This document shows positions 1 to 10,269 of a stretch of 50,739 bases of DNA, piece after piece (the stretch's first letter is position 1; each line of letters starts with the position of its first letter). The position numbers and the translations under genes are program-made. The notes below the pieces were generated by a model. The model was given only the letters and a program-made list of their open reading frames with translations. It ran no database searches and was not told the origin of the DNA. The stretch lies in IMG/VR virus record IMGVR_UViG_3300034065_000046, positions 1-50,739 of that record. One strand, written 5' to 3'. Source of the stretch: a virus (taxonomy: Duplodnaviria; Caudoviricetes).

Positions 1-127
1 TCCATTCAAGGAAGTTACAGAGGGATTTAATCGGGGAGCGCAAGATGCCGGTTATAGCTTAAAGCGAGATTTTGACGAGATTGGCAAGAATATAAGTAGT
101 ACCATTGGTACAGCAATTGCTGCATCG
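1..127. repeat. 127-nt terminal direct repeat (copy 1); circular-assembly overlap
   Basis: 1-127 is identical to 50613-50739; the ORF continues in frame across the join. Confidence 0.95.
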
Positions 128-1570
128 GTAGGAGTATCAGCCCTACGCTATTTTAATAACCAAGCTAATGCAATTATGGGACAAGCCAGCGCAGCCGGAC
201 ATTTTACCTCAGAAGCAATACAGGGTAATGCCAATACTGCATTTGGTGGATTTACCAGCCAGCTATTTGATGTAGAACGGCAACGGCAGGAAGCTAATAC
301 TAATGCACTTTATGAGGGTGTAGGTGGTGCAGTCGGTGGTGTCGGCGGTGCGGTACTTGGTGGAGTAGCGGAATTTCTATCAGAGGGCAAAATAGGCAGT
401 GTCGGCAAATGGGGCGCAGCAGGAGCATCGTTAGGTGTGGGTGTGGGCGATTATGAAGCGGCTAATCTTAAGAATCAATATACCGAGCAATTATTACTAG
501 CTGGTGCTGGACTGTCAAAACGTAAAGCGGAAGCGTCTGTAAGTGAATGGCAAACTGGATTTGGGCGTTGGGGTATGAAAATGACTGACTCCGTAATTGT
601 ACCCAAAGTTATTGCAGGCGACCACGCTATAACTGCACCGCTCCAGAAAGAATTTGAAACCAGATATGGCGGCAGTCAAAACTATAATGCTATCCTGAAT
701 CACATTGTACCTTATCTTAATAACAGCCCGTTAGATAGTAAGAATGGCGACCTTAACCAAGTATCACAGCAGTTTATGCGAGCCGGATTTTCGGTGCAGG
801 AGTTTGGTACATTAACCAGACAATCGGCGCAATATACGGCTTTAACCGGCAAGCAATTGCAGGATTTTAGCACTGATATATACCAATCTAGGCAAAAGTT
901 TGGTAATAGTTATGGTGTTGAGCAAGTGCAGCAATCTTTGAATTTGCAAATGATGGGGTTTGATAAAGACCAGTCTGAGCATTTAGCTAATCAGGCTATA
1001 TATAATCCTAGTATATTATCTGGAGCGCAGCAATTAACTAACCAATCATATAGCGATTACTATAGAGGTAAAGCCATGGCTAATATAATTGGATTTGACC
1101 CTAACTTAGCCAAAGCTACAGGTGGGGCTTCAATATCTGAAAGTGTCAAAGCATTATATAGAAAAGATATTGCAGCAGTAGCTAGAGGTGAATCTCCTAG
1201 TCAAAGATTATTATTATTAGACCAGTCCGGTCAAAATGCTAGGTCAAATATGATTTCATATTTACAAAAACAAGTAAAAGAATTACATGGCGAGGGCGAC
1301 AAAGATTTTGTAGGTGCGCCAACTCCAACCGGATTAATTACCAAGAATAACGCAGCACAGGAAAATGCAGAATCAGCCGGTACATTACAAAACTTATTAG
1401 CTAAAGTTGAAAGTATGACTATTACGGCTACAAATGTAACCTTGATTAACCAGAATGGTTTAGGTAAAGAAATGCACCCAAAACTAAATGAAGCAGGGCA
1501 ACATTTTAATAATTCAGGGTATTACCCACCAAGTCCGGTCGCTACTGGAAAATCACCAGCAAAGCATTAG
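2..1570 (+). CDS. Tail tape measure protein, 3' part (full ORF 50269..50612 + 1..1570, 637 aa)
   Basis: Frame is open from ATG 50269 across the junction into the 176..1570 ORF; Gly/Ala-rich helical content; follows tube and chaperone genes. Confidence 0.8.
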   Translation, partial: PFKEVTEGFNRGAQDAGYSLKRDFDEIGKNISSTIGTAIAASVGVSALRYFNNQANAIMGQASAAGHFTSEAIQGNANTAFGGFTSQLFDVERQRQEANTNALYEGVGGAVGGVGGAVLGGVAEFLSEGKIGSVGKWGAAGASLGVGVGDYEAANLKNQYTEQLLLAGAGLSKRKAEASVSEWQTGFGRWGMKMTDSVIVPKVIAGDHAITAPLQKEFETRYGGSQNYNAILNHIVPYLNNSPLDSKNGDLNQVSQQFMRAGFSVQEFGTLTRQSAQYTALTGKQLQDFSTDIYQSRQKFGNSYGVEQVQQSLNLQMMGFDKDQSEHLANQAIYNPSILSGAQQLTNQSYSDYYRGKAMANIIGFDPNLAKATGGASISESVKALYRKDIAAVARGESPSQRLLLLDQSGQNARSNMISYLQKQVKELHGEGDKDFVGAPTPTGLITKNNAAQENAESAGTLQNLLAKVESMTITATNVTLINQNGLGKEMHPKLNEAGQHFNNSGYYPPSPVATGKSPAKH

Positions 1571-1611
1571 GCGGTAAAAATGCCGCACTGGTTGAACCAG
1601 CAATAACAAGA

Positions 1612-1977
1612 GTGGCATCACAGGTAGGTGTTGATAGAAACGTTTTAGAGCGATTAGTATATAATGAATCGCGTGGTAATCCGGCAATAGGTTGGAACAA
1701 GGGCGGCAAACATTATAGCGCAGGGATAGCACAAGTTAGTGCAGGGGTTTGGAGAACATATAGTCGGCAGCCTTACGCTGAAGCATTAGACCCAAAATAT
1801 TTTGAAGAGAATTTAACAGTGGCAGCGCAATATTTAAAACATAATTATCAATTATATGGTACATGGCGTTTAGCGTTAGCGGCATATAACGAGGGCGAAA
1901 CTGTTATGAATAAAGTTTTAGCTGGTAAACGTCAATTAAGCCCTATTACCCAACGATATATAGCTGGTGTGCAATGA
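1612..1977 (+). CDS. Lytic transglycosylase (SLT/GH23) domain; frame open from 1513, possibly fused to the tape measure by -1 frameshift
   Basis: Catalytic YNES, AGIAQV and LAAYNEG motifs; first SLT helix (EPAITRVASQVGVD) begins upstream of the GTG. Confidence 0.85.
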   Translation: MASQVGVDRNVLERLVYNESRGNPAIGWNKGGKHYSAGIAQVSAGVWRTYSRQPYAEALDPKYFEENLTVAAQYLKHNYQLYGTWRLALAAYNEGETVMNKVLAGKRQLSPITQRYIAGVQ

Positions 1978-3338
1978 GAAAATTAGTAATTAATATATCA
2001 GCCAGACCGGAAACAGACGATAATAGTTACGGGTTTAGTTCAATTGATGTATTAGTACCGAGTATTTATCAATTCCTTAATCTGGTATTAAACTATAGTG
2101 TTACCAGTTCTAGTATTACATCTATGCTAATTCTTGGTATGTCCTCACCTATATCATCGGATAATGTATTACGTAGCGGACAGCCGGTAGTTATTACCGA
2201 TAATGGCGTTACAGTATTTCAAGGTGTGATACTTACCCCAAGTTATAAAATGTTACCAATTGACGAGAGCGGGCAAGGTGGTTTATATTTATTTGCTACA
2301 CTAGCACCGAGTATTTATCAATTTACCATTACCCCACTTATTTTTGATTCAGCGCAAGCAAAGCAAATTTCGACTGTAACAGGGCTAGATGTATCAGCTA
2401 TACTTGTGGGTGGAGTAACGCAGTCTATCGCTACGCAATCCATGCTAGATTACATGGTAACTAATATGGACTATAATGCTATTTATGGTAAAAGTATAAG
2501 TGCATCAAATCTAGGTGATAATATATATGTTATGACCGCTGCGGGTGAGTATCGAGATACTACAATCCGGTCATCTATTGATTATTATAACTGTGTATTT
2601 TATCAGCAAGAAGATGGTACAATTATTATCCGACAATTAGACCCTAGTATAGAAAGCCCATTTGATATAGACCTACAAAACTCATACTTAGGCACATTAG
2701 CCGGTAGTGATGTAACTCCAGTAGCTCCATTACTAGCCTACGAATATTGCGAGAATGGTTATAGTACCCCATCAGTAGTCAGTAACTACGCTATGTTATC
2801 ACCAGATACCGGTATTGGTGCAGTAGCACAGCAATGCGTTTTATCCTATGCTCCTAACCCTGAGTTTTATCCAAGAATAGGTCAATTACTCAAAAGCGGT
2901 TGGTTTACCGGACAGATAGGCGTTACACAGATTAATGATAATATTGTAAAGAATCCAACTACAGCGCAAGCGTTAAAGACATTTCAGAGCGAGCAAGACC
3001 AGTACATGATTACTACGCAGGCTACAGGAGTCAAAGACCAATTTTATGCAGCCTATCAAGCTCTATTGACTGCCAAACAACTAGGTGCGGCACTTACCGG
3101 ATACTCAAGTATTGATGGTACTATAAGTTTAGATGATGTAAACTTAGCCGGAGTAGATTTAAGTAGTGTTGTAGGTACTTGTCTACAGATACAAAATTGC
3201 GATATGACTGCCGGACTGATTGCAACTTGCAGCCGGAATTATAGTATTAATGGTAGTTTCTTAACCTTTAGTATAGTAGCATTGGGTAGTTATACGGGAC
3301 TATGGGCTAATTCTAATTTTACACCGGAGTCAGCATGA
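1974..3338 (+). CDS. Baseplate hub protein (Mu gp44/P2 gpD-like)
   Basis: Position after tape measure, 454 aa, beta-rich, FYQQEDGTIII segment. Confidence 0.6.
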   Translation: MRKLVINISARPETDDNSYGFSSIDVLVPSIYQFLNLVLNYSVTSSSITSMLILGMSSPISSDNVLRSGQPVVITDNGVTVFQGVILTPSYKMLPIDESGQGGLYLFATLAPSIYQFTITPLIFDSAQAKQISTVTGLDVSAILVGGVTQSIATQSMLDYMVTNMDYNAIYGKSISASNLGDNIYVMTAAGEYRDTTIRSSIDYYNCVFYQQEDGTIIIRQLDPSIESPFDIDLQNSYLGTLAGSDVTPVAPLLAYEYCENGYSTPSVVSNYAMLSPDTGIGAVAQQCVLSYAPNPEFYPRIGQLLKSGWFTGQIGVTQINDNIVKNPTTAQALKTFQSEQDQYMITTQATGVKDQFYAAYQALLTAKQLGAALTGYSSIDGTISLDDVNLAGVDLSSVVGTCLQIQNCDMTAGLIATCSRNYSINGSFLTFSIVALGSYTGLWANSNFTPESA

Positions 3339-3697
3339 TAGTATCTAATTCACCTCTTATTAAGAATGGCAGTTTGGCATTAAATGCGAATGGTGATTTA
3401 CTAGCTGCGCCAGATATTGAAACACAGATGACAGTAGCCGTAAGCGGGTATAATTGCTTATATGATGTAAACCTGAATAGTTTATTAATACCATATTTAG
3501 AGGGTATCCCTGTAGGTGGTTTGAATCGTGGAGCGATAATAAACATTGTAAAACAGGCATATACGTACATGGTGAGTCAAAAGATTATCAGTAATTTACA
3601 AATCTCTATTGGAGCGAGTACGATTTCAGCAGTACAGATTAACATAAATGCTACCGATATAAACGGCAATGAAATATTTTTAAACTGGATTAATTAA
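3335..3697 (+). CDS. Baseplate wedge/sheath initiator (gp25/Mu gp46-like)
   Basis: 120 aa, LALNANGDL N-terminus, directly upstream of baseplate J. Confidence 0.6.
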   Translation: MIVSNSPLIKNGSLALNANGDLLAAPDIETQMTVAVSGYNCLYDVNLNSLLIPYLEGIPVGGLNRGAIINIVKQAYTYMVSQKIISNLQISIGASTISAVQININATDINGNEIFLNWIN

Positions 3698-4947
3698 TGC
3701 AAACTATAACATCATTACAACAAAGTTATTTATCTTATTTGCAAGCGCAAAATTCAGCTATTAATGCTTATGCGCCTAATACTTATTGGGATATTATTAG
3801 TGGTGCTGAAGCATCTTCATTTTTAGATTTATACTACAACTTGCAAATCGTTACTAATTCTATCTATCCACAAAATGCAGTAGGTAATCAGGTAGATTTA
3901 TGGTTATATCGTTTAGGATTACCGGCACGGGGTGGTATGACATTCGGCACTATTGTAGCGGTAGTATCTTCCTCGACGCCTGTAACAATACCGATTAATA
4001 CCGTATTTACCGATTCAGTTACAAGTAATTCATACCAAACATTACAAGCATTTACAGTAGCAAATGGTAGCTCACCGATTACACTATATGCTACAGTAGC
4101 CGGTAATAACTATATTGAGCCAGCCGGTAATTCATTAACTGGGGGTATATATACAATAGAGGTAGTATCATCGACCAATGGACAGCTTGCAGAATCAGAC
4201 CAGTCATGTATTAACCGTATTTTAATAGCTACACAAGCACCAATTGCCGGAGCTAGACAGACAGACTATTTTGTATATGCACAACAGGCAAGCTCACAAG
4301 TAACATGGGTAATTCCTATACCATCATTTGTAACTACAAATGGTGTAGGTATTTTAGGGGTATTCCCATTGGTTGGTACTCTTATTACTGAGTATCAACT
4401 TAATCAAGGTTTATTACCAGCCACGACATTTATTGGATATAGTAGGCAAGCAGATACATCAGTATTAACCGCAGTAACAAATTATATTCAATCATTGAAA
4501 CTGGTGGGATTATCGGTAATTGTAGGTAATTGCCTGACGTACCTAGCAACCACATCAATGTCTACCTTAACTGTTACAGTATCATTAGTAAGTGGTTATA
4601 GTCTATCAACGGTATTAAATGTAGAATCCCAAGATATAAATAATAACCCGATAACTGTGCAATTGACAATTTCTCAATTAGTGCAGCGTGAAGTACGCAG
4701 GGCTATTTGTAATCAAAACTACGGAGCTACATTAATTGGTTCACAGAATACCATAACCCTTGATAGTATTATATATGAGTTGAATATACAACTATCTGCG
4801 GTAAACGGGCAAATAGCTCAAGTATTAACTAATATAGCTTTATCCGGTAGTGATATAGCCGTACCAAATTATAATAATTCTTCGGTGCAAGTTGATTATG
4901 TTTATGATATAACTGCCTATAGTAATATAATTGTAGCATTACCATGA
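3697..4947 (+). CDS. Baseplate J-like wedge protein
   Basis: PQNAVGNQVDLW...GLPAR, GQLAESD...RI and GARQTDY patterns typical of Baseplate_J. Confidence 0.85.
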   Translation: MQTITSLQQSYLSYLQAQNSAINAYAPNTYWDIISGAEASSFLDLYYNLQIVTNSIYPQNAVGNQVDLWLYRLGLPARGGMTFGTIVAVVSSSTPVTIPINTVFTDSVTSNSYQTLQAFTVANGSSPITLYATVAGNNYIEPAGNSLTGGIYTIEVVSSTNGQLAESDQSCINRILIATQAPIAGARQTDYFVYAQQASSQVTWVIPIPSFVTTNGVGILGVFPLVGTLITEYQLNQGLLPATTFIGYSRQADTSVLTAVTNYIQSLKLVGLSVIVGNCLTYLATTSMSTLTVTVSLVSGYSLSTVLNVESQDINNNPITVQLTISQLVQREVRRAICNQNYGATLIGSQNTITLDSIIYELNIQLSAVNGQIAQVLTNIALSGSDIAVPNYNNSSVQVDYVYDITAYSNIIVALP

Positions 4948-4960
4948 TAAGGAAAGCATA

Positions 4961-6058
4961 ATGCCTATTATAAATGTGTTACCTACAGTAAGTAGTTTAA
5001 CGCAAATATATTTTACAGTAATATTAAGTAATTATTCTTTGAATCAAGCTACGATTACTAATATACAGGCACTATATGGCAACGTAGGTATAGTAGGTAC
5101 TGGATTTACAGCTTATGATGATACTCCAATAGCATTAGCGGTAACAGCAGAATTAAGCGGTGTAGAATATTTAGGCATACTTTACACTAAGGCGGTTTAT
5201 GGTAATATTTTACCGGATAATTTTAGTAGATTAGTACAGAAAATACCATTAGGTATATTCTCCGGTGGAATAGTACCCGCTACATTTGTTAATGGGGTGC
5301 GTACTAATACTGGTACAATAATTGGTAATGATTTTAAAGCTCGTTCACAAATGATGGATGATTACTATACTCAATACTTTTTTACAGTTAATCAGGTATG
5401 GAGTAATGCATACTCACCAGCATTGGAATTTGAGTATAACGGTACGGTAGGATTATTAAGTACCTCAACATATGTAAATGAGTTATTTCAATTAATAGCG
5501 ACCTTACCGACAGTTTATCTAAACGTTTATGATTTAGAGTTATATATAAGTAAGTACATTTATTATAGATTAGGTACTGTATCGGCGGTATATATAAATG
5601 ACCATGTAGAAGATATAGAATTACTTTGGAATCTTGGGATAGCGGGATATACGGAATTAGGCAGTACAACGGTATTAGGTGAGGGCGATACTCCAGTAGT
5701 TAGTAATTTAGATTGGACTGTATTCAACGCCAGTGCATTTACTGCACAATTTAAAACCGAAATAACAAATTTAATAATTAGGATTAGTCGTGCAGACATT
5801 GGTAATACGGTTACATTTTCTAACCAAGTAACACCCACGAGCTTGCCAAGTGTAGGCGAATGGAATTTAGGGATAGCCGGATATACTGAATTAGATACTA
5901 CCACAATATTAGGTGATACACCTCCCGCACCAGATACGTTTATACTTATTGGAGCTACTTACTTTTCAGACCCACGGTTACTATATGATAAATGCTTAGA
6001 ATACATCGGGGATTCAGAATTCCCCTTAAATGTAATCGGCTACCAAAAAATATTTTAG
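4961..6058 (+). CDS. Baseplate wedge protein (gpI/Mu gp48 position)
   Basis: Between baseplate J and tail fibre; duplicated WNLGIAGYTEL motif. Confidence 0.55.
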   Translation: MPIINVLPTVSSLTQIYFTVILSNYSLNQATITNIQALYGNVGIVGTGFTAYDDTPIALAVTAELSGVEYLGILYTKAVYGNILPDNFSRLVQKIPLGIFSGGIVPATFVNGVRTNTGTIIGNDFKARSQMMDDYYTQYFFTVNQVWSNAYSPALEFEYNGTVGLLSTSTYVNELFQLIATLPTVYLNVYDLELYISKYIYYRLGTVSAVYINDHVEDIELLWNLGIAGYTELGSTTVLGEGDTPVVSNLDWTVFNASAFTAQFKTEITNLIIRISRADIGNTVTFSNQVTPTSLPSVGEWNLGIAGYTELDTTTILGDTPPAPDTFILIGATYFSDPRLLYDKCLEYIGDSEFPLNVIGYQKIF

Positions 6059-6068
6059 GAGAATATAA

Positions 6069-8096
6069 ATGGCAAATTTTGACGTACAGACATTTTATAC
6101 AGGACAGGTAGTATCAGAGCAAAACATGAATGCTACCTATAACGGTAAAGACCAGAATCTAACAGCTTACTTCCCGACTAATCCATGTATTTGTAATGGT
6201 ATTACTATATCACAAGCAACTACTACCAATGTAATAACGTTTGGTGCTGGCGTATTTAGGTTTAAAGACCAAGTAAATGCTAACTCAGGAGCGCAGACAC
6301 AAGCTACATTTGGTAATTATGCTGGTGGAGTAGTTACGGTTACGGCAGCAAGCGGTTCAGGTTCACAGCTTTACATCGTAGCTATTTTGACACAGACCGT
6401 AGTAGATTCAAACAACATTACTAATACAGTAGCAATATCACCCACATCACTTACACTAGCGCAGATAGCAGCAGAGTCAAACCCTAATGCATATTTGATA
6501 ATCAGTGCTATAACTAATACTGCCGGAGTATATACTTTATTTTATGATTCCAACTGCGTATTAAATTACGACACCTCAGCAGTAACGGCTACGGCGATAA
6601 CCGTAACTAATACAGCTTCAGGTACTTATGATATACCTCTTATTACAGGTTCATCTACGGGTAATTATAGTTTATATGTAGCGTCTGGAATGACATTCAA
6701 TACTGCTACATCGGCTTTATCAGCTACAACATTTATAGGCGCACTCACTGGTGCATCAACACAAGTAGGTACAACAAATAATACGTCTAATGCATTTTTT
6801 TATATGCCATTTGTTGCTGCGAGTACAACCGGCAATCAAGCATTACAAGTGAGTGTTGCATTTAGACACGACCCAAATATAGGGTATAGTGATATTACTG
6901 GTTCTGCCGGTGGATTTGCAGTTATAAATAATAACGCTACACCCGCAGCAGGCTATTTATCAGTTATAAGTAATCCGGCAAAGGCTTTAATTAGCACAAA
7001 TCAGTTAGGAATAATTAACTTTGAGGGCGCATATAATAATGCCAATGGCTTAAATATAGGGGCTAGAATAATTGCATCAGCTACTCAGACATATTCCATT
7101 ACCGCTGCTGGTACTAATCTACAGTTCTATACCACACCTAATAATAGCATTACCAATACGCTTGCATTAACTCTAGGTCAAGACCAATCAGCTACTTTTG
7201 CTAACAATGTAACGGCAACTGCCTATTATGGAGATGGTTCAAATTTAACCGGAATTAGCGGAATAGCCTTTACTCAGCAAGGTAGATTAACCGATACTAC
7301 TGCTACGCCTAATGGCGGTAATAGCTCTAGCGGTTCAACTACTTTATATTTTACGCCAAGCTATAATGGTAATCAAATCACACTGTATAATGGTACAGCA
7401 TGGGTAACGCAAACATTTGCCGAGATAAATCTAGCTGTAAATACATTAACCTCAGGTGATGTTTATGATGTCTATATCACTTCTGCAAGTTCTACGACTG
7501 TAACAATGTCCGTAGTTGCTTGGTCAGGTAATACACCGCCAACACGTGATACCCAAAATGGTAGATTAGTCAAACACAGTACGCCGACAGCATTATTGGT
7601 AGGTACGATTTATACTCCAGATGGCACTCATGTATATAGCTGGAATGGGCAAAGATATATTAATAATTTTTATAATCAAATTGAATTACCTTTATTTGCG
7701 AATGATACTACGGCATCATGGACTTATGCGAGTACATCACAAAGGGCGGCAAACGGTAATACAACATATGGGCAAGGTAGATTTGGTGCTTTATTTGACC
7801 CATCAAGTTGTAATAGTGTTAATTTAACAAATTTTCAATCCGCAGGTACAGGCACTGGTACAAATCAGTATTACTTTATTCTGGGAATAGATAGCACTAC
7901 CGCATTAACTGCGGCCAGCGTTTTACAAATGTCGTCTACTGGATATACAAGTAGTTCATTTACTTATAATGCTACAGCATTGGTAGGATTTCATTATTTC
8001 CAAAGGTGTGAAACATCCAATACTGGAGGTGGTCAATTCTTTGGTTCTAATTCTGGCGGGGTATGGTCAGGTTTATTTGCAACAATTTTAGGATAA
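6069..8096 (+). CDS. Tail fibre protein 1
   Basis: 675 aa, Thr/Ser/Gly/Asn-rich; after baseplate, before fibre chaperone. Confidence 0.8.
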   Translation: MANFDVQTFYTGQVVSEQNMNATYNGKDQNLTAYFPTNPCICNGITISQATTTNVITFGAGVFRFKDQVNANSGAQTQATFGNYAGGVVTVTAASGSGSQLYIVAILTQTVVDSNNITNTVAISPTSLTLAQIAAESNPNAYLIISAITNTAGVYTLFYDSNCVLNYDTSAVTATAITVTNTASGTYDIPLITGSSTGNYSLYVASGMTFNTATSALSATTFIGALTGASTQVGTTNNTSNAFFYMPFVAASTTGNQALQVSVAFRHDPNIGYSDITGSAGGFAVINNNATPAAGYLSVISNPAKALISTNQLGIINFEGAYNNANGLNIGARIIASATQTYSITAAGTNLQFYTTPNNSITNTLALTLGQDQSATFANNVTATAYYGDGSNLTGISGIAFTQQGRLTDTTATPNGGNSSSGSTTLYFTPSYNGNQITLYNGTAWVTQTFAEINLAVNTLTSGDVYDVYITSASSTTVTMSVVAWSGNTPPTRDTQNGRLVKHSTPTALLVGTIYTPDGTHVYSWNGQRYINNFYNQIELPLFANDTTASWTYASTSQRAANGNTTYGQGRFGALFDPSSCNSVNLTNFQSAGTGTGTNQYYFILGIDSTTALTAASVLQMSSTGYTSSSFTYNATALVGFHYFQRCETSNTGGGQFFGSNSGGVWSGLFATILG

Positions 8097-8102
8097 TATA
8101 TT

Positions 8103-8558
8103 ATGAATGAATTATTTTGGTACGATAGCGCAGCAACAGGCGCAGCACAATTTTATACAAATGCAACCACACAAACAACTACCAGCGTGCAAATATCACA
8201 GGATACATCAATAAATTTACAAGCTGGAATAGCTTTAGGTCAAATTGTTTACATAGACCCAAGCGAGCCAGTAAATTGGCGTGGTGGTCAATTTAAACTA
8301 CATTTGGCAGACCAAGTGAGTAATGATGGTGGTATAACTTGGGTATATAATGCAGATACATTGGCAGCGCAAGCTACAGAGGTATTAAAATCCCAAGCCC
8401 AAGCCTTATTATCCGCTAGTGATTATAGGGTGTTACCTGATAAATTCTCACAATATGATAGCGGTAATCAAACGCTTATAACAGCTTACCGTGAATCATT
8501 ACGTGATGTAATACGAGGTACTAGCGCAGTAATACCGACTTTAACATTAGGAGCATAA
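8103..8558 (+). CDS. Tail fibre assembly chaperone
   Basis: C-terminal LSASDYRVLPD...YRESLRD motif of fibre chaperones; adjacent to the fibre gene. Confidence 0.7.
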   Translation: MNELFWYDSAATGAAQFYTNATTQTTTSVQISQDTSINLQAGIALGQIVYIDPSEPVNWRGGQFKLHLADQVSNDGGITWVYNADTLAAQATEVLKSQAQALLSASDYRVLPDKFSQYDSGNQTLITAYRESLRDVIRGTSAVIPTLTLGA

Positions 8559-8559
8559 A

Positions 8560-8961
8560 ATGTCAGTCGTATGGGTGTATTATATTTTACCTGCATTTAT
8601 CTTTAGAGTAAAGAAAATACCGTTTATGAGTAGTTTAATATTAGGTTTTACGCCATGTAATATAGTGTTTTTATTAGATGGGGATACTCCTGATATTTTG
8701 GTACATGAATTAGTACACGTTCGGCAGTTCTATAGGTATTTAATATTCTATTGGATTGGCTATGCTATACCTTATTTTAGGCTTAAAATTGAAGTTGCTG
8801 CATACGTAACGCAAGCTAATTGGCTAATGGCAAATACTAAAAATCCAAATATAAGTAATATTTTAACTAGCTTTGCTCATGACCTACTAGCTGATTATGG
8901 ATTATCTTACTCATTAATATATATTTCAACTGCACTGCAAGCCCAATATAATAAAGGTTAA
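8560..8961 (+). CDS. Putative HEXXH zinc metallopeptidase-like protein
   Basis: LVHELVHVRQ plus downstream EVAAY. Confidence 0.6.
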   Translation: MSVVWVYYILPAFIFRVKKIPFMSSLILGFTPCNIVFLLDGDTPDILVHELVHVRQFYRYLIFYWIGYAIPYFRLKIEVAAYVTQANWLMANTKNPNISNILTSFAHDLLADYGLSYSLIYISTALQAQYNKG

Positions 8962-8964
8962 ATT

Positions 8965-9693
8965 ATGGCTACCCTAAGCGGTATTGTAAGCACAGCTAAT
9001 TCACTCGCCCAATTAGCCGGTTTATTCAATGTGCAGATGGTCAATGGTAGTTATACACCTCCAAACGGTGTAACTCCAGTGAGCTTTCATGTTATCACTG
9101 CACTACAAATACCGCTGGAGCAGTATGTATCTGGTGCAATAGCTGGCTTTAATTTACTGAGCGGAGCGGGAACAGACCCTAATACCGGACTGTTCAACAC
9201 TAATTTAATTGCCGATGGAATAGATGAAACAATTAATCGTAAATACTCCAATAATCGAGTACCATTAGCTAACTATGACCAATTAGCTAGTTTAGGTACT
9301 GGAGGGCAGCGTATAGTGCTTCGGTTGGCATTTGCTGGTACAATGTATCAAACAGCGATGAATAATCTCGTACAGGCTTTATTTGATGATTCTCTAGCTA
9401 CTCCAGATACACCGCTAGGTAGTATGGTACACCCATTCTACAATACTATTAATAATGTACTGCCTATTTCATTTAGAACAGTTTATGATTATACCAAGTT
9501 AAATTTTATGATATGTGAAGTAGTGTTTTTAACTTCGGACATTACACACCTATATCCTAATCAGGTAGCAAACATTGGCGCAGATATTAGTAAATGGTAT
9601 ATTGGAGTACAAAATAGCATTACAAGTATTGGAGGTACTATATCAGCAGCGCAAAATATAGGTACAAATACTATAGCGGGGCTAGGTTTATAA
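8965..9693 (+). CDS. Mu gpN-like (DNA circularisation N-terminal domain) tail protein
   Basis: LGTGGQRIVL and LGSMVHPFY resemble DNA_circ_N motifs. Confidence 0.6.
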   Translation: MATLSGIVSTANSLAQLAGLFNVQMVNGSYTPPNGVTPVSFHVITALQIPLEQYVSGAIAGFNLLSGAGTDPNTGLFNTNLIADGIDETINRKYSNNRVPLANYDQLASLGTGGQRIVLRLAFAGTMYQTAMNNLVQALFDDSLATPDTPLGSMVHPFYNTINNVLPISFRTVYDYTKLNFMICEVVFLTSDITHLYPNQVANIGADISKWYIGVQNSITSIGGTISAAQNIGTNTIAGLGL

Positions 9694-9694
9694 A

Positions 9695-10216
9695 ATGAAT
9701 AATGAGATTATCATACTCTTACAAAATATACAAGCTACATACCAATCAATAATTGCTTACTTTTATGACCGGATACTGCAAACAGCTTATACGAATAACA
9801 CATTAGCTACTTATCCGGTTAATTATACTTTATTGCTACCTTCATCGAAGTATATTATCAACCTTAATCCTGCACAGTGTAATGCTCAGGTACAGGCGTA
9901 TATTGCTTTATGTGATGAATTGATAGTATTTATTGATACAACCGTAGGAACGCAGACAAACTTATTTTACGAGCAGATACAAAACGTATTGAATAGCAGC
10001 ATAGCGCAATTAAACGGGTTTACAAATAGTTTACTTCAAGCTCAGTATAACCAATTATTTTCTTATTTGATACCGTATAATATGTCTTTAACTACAGCTA
10101 TGTATGAAAATACATTGAGTTTTAGTACGTATGCATTACAAGCAAGTTTAAACTATAATTTGCAAGACTTTGCAAACTTAAGACAAGGTAGTACAATTAC
10201 ACTTAGCAGAACATAA
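9695..10216 (+). CDS. Tail/baseplate protein, possibly the C-terminal half of the gpN-like protein
   Basis: Helical protein ending in LysM-like LRQGSTITL; adjacent to the gpN-like gene. Confidence 0.45.
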   Translation: MNNEIIILLQNIQATYQSIIAYFYDRILQTAYTNNTLATYPVNYTLLLPSSKYIINLNPAQCNAQVQAYIALCDELIVFIDTTVGTQTNLFYEQIQNVLNSSIAQLNGFTNSLLQAQYNQLFSYLIPYNMSLTTAMYENTLSFSTYALQASLNYNLQDFANLRQGSTITLSRT

Positions 10217-10227
10217 ATGATATAATA
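10214..10227 (+). promoter_or_regulatory. Extended -10 promoter motif TAAATGATATAATA
   Basis: TGn-TATAAT; same motif at 15057 and 39736. Confidence 0.55.
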
Positions 10228-10269
10228 TCGTAACATTTTAAATCGTTGTGATAACGATTCGGAGGAACA

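Noticed and set aside
1-127. Biological direct terminal repeat
   Set aside because: 127 nt is a common assembler k-mer overlap and it falls in the middle of the tape-measure gene; it shows circular assembly, not virion ends
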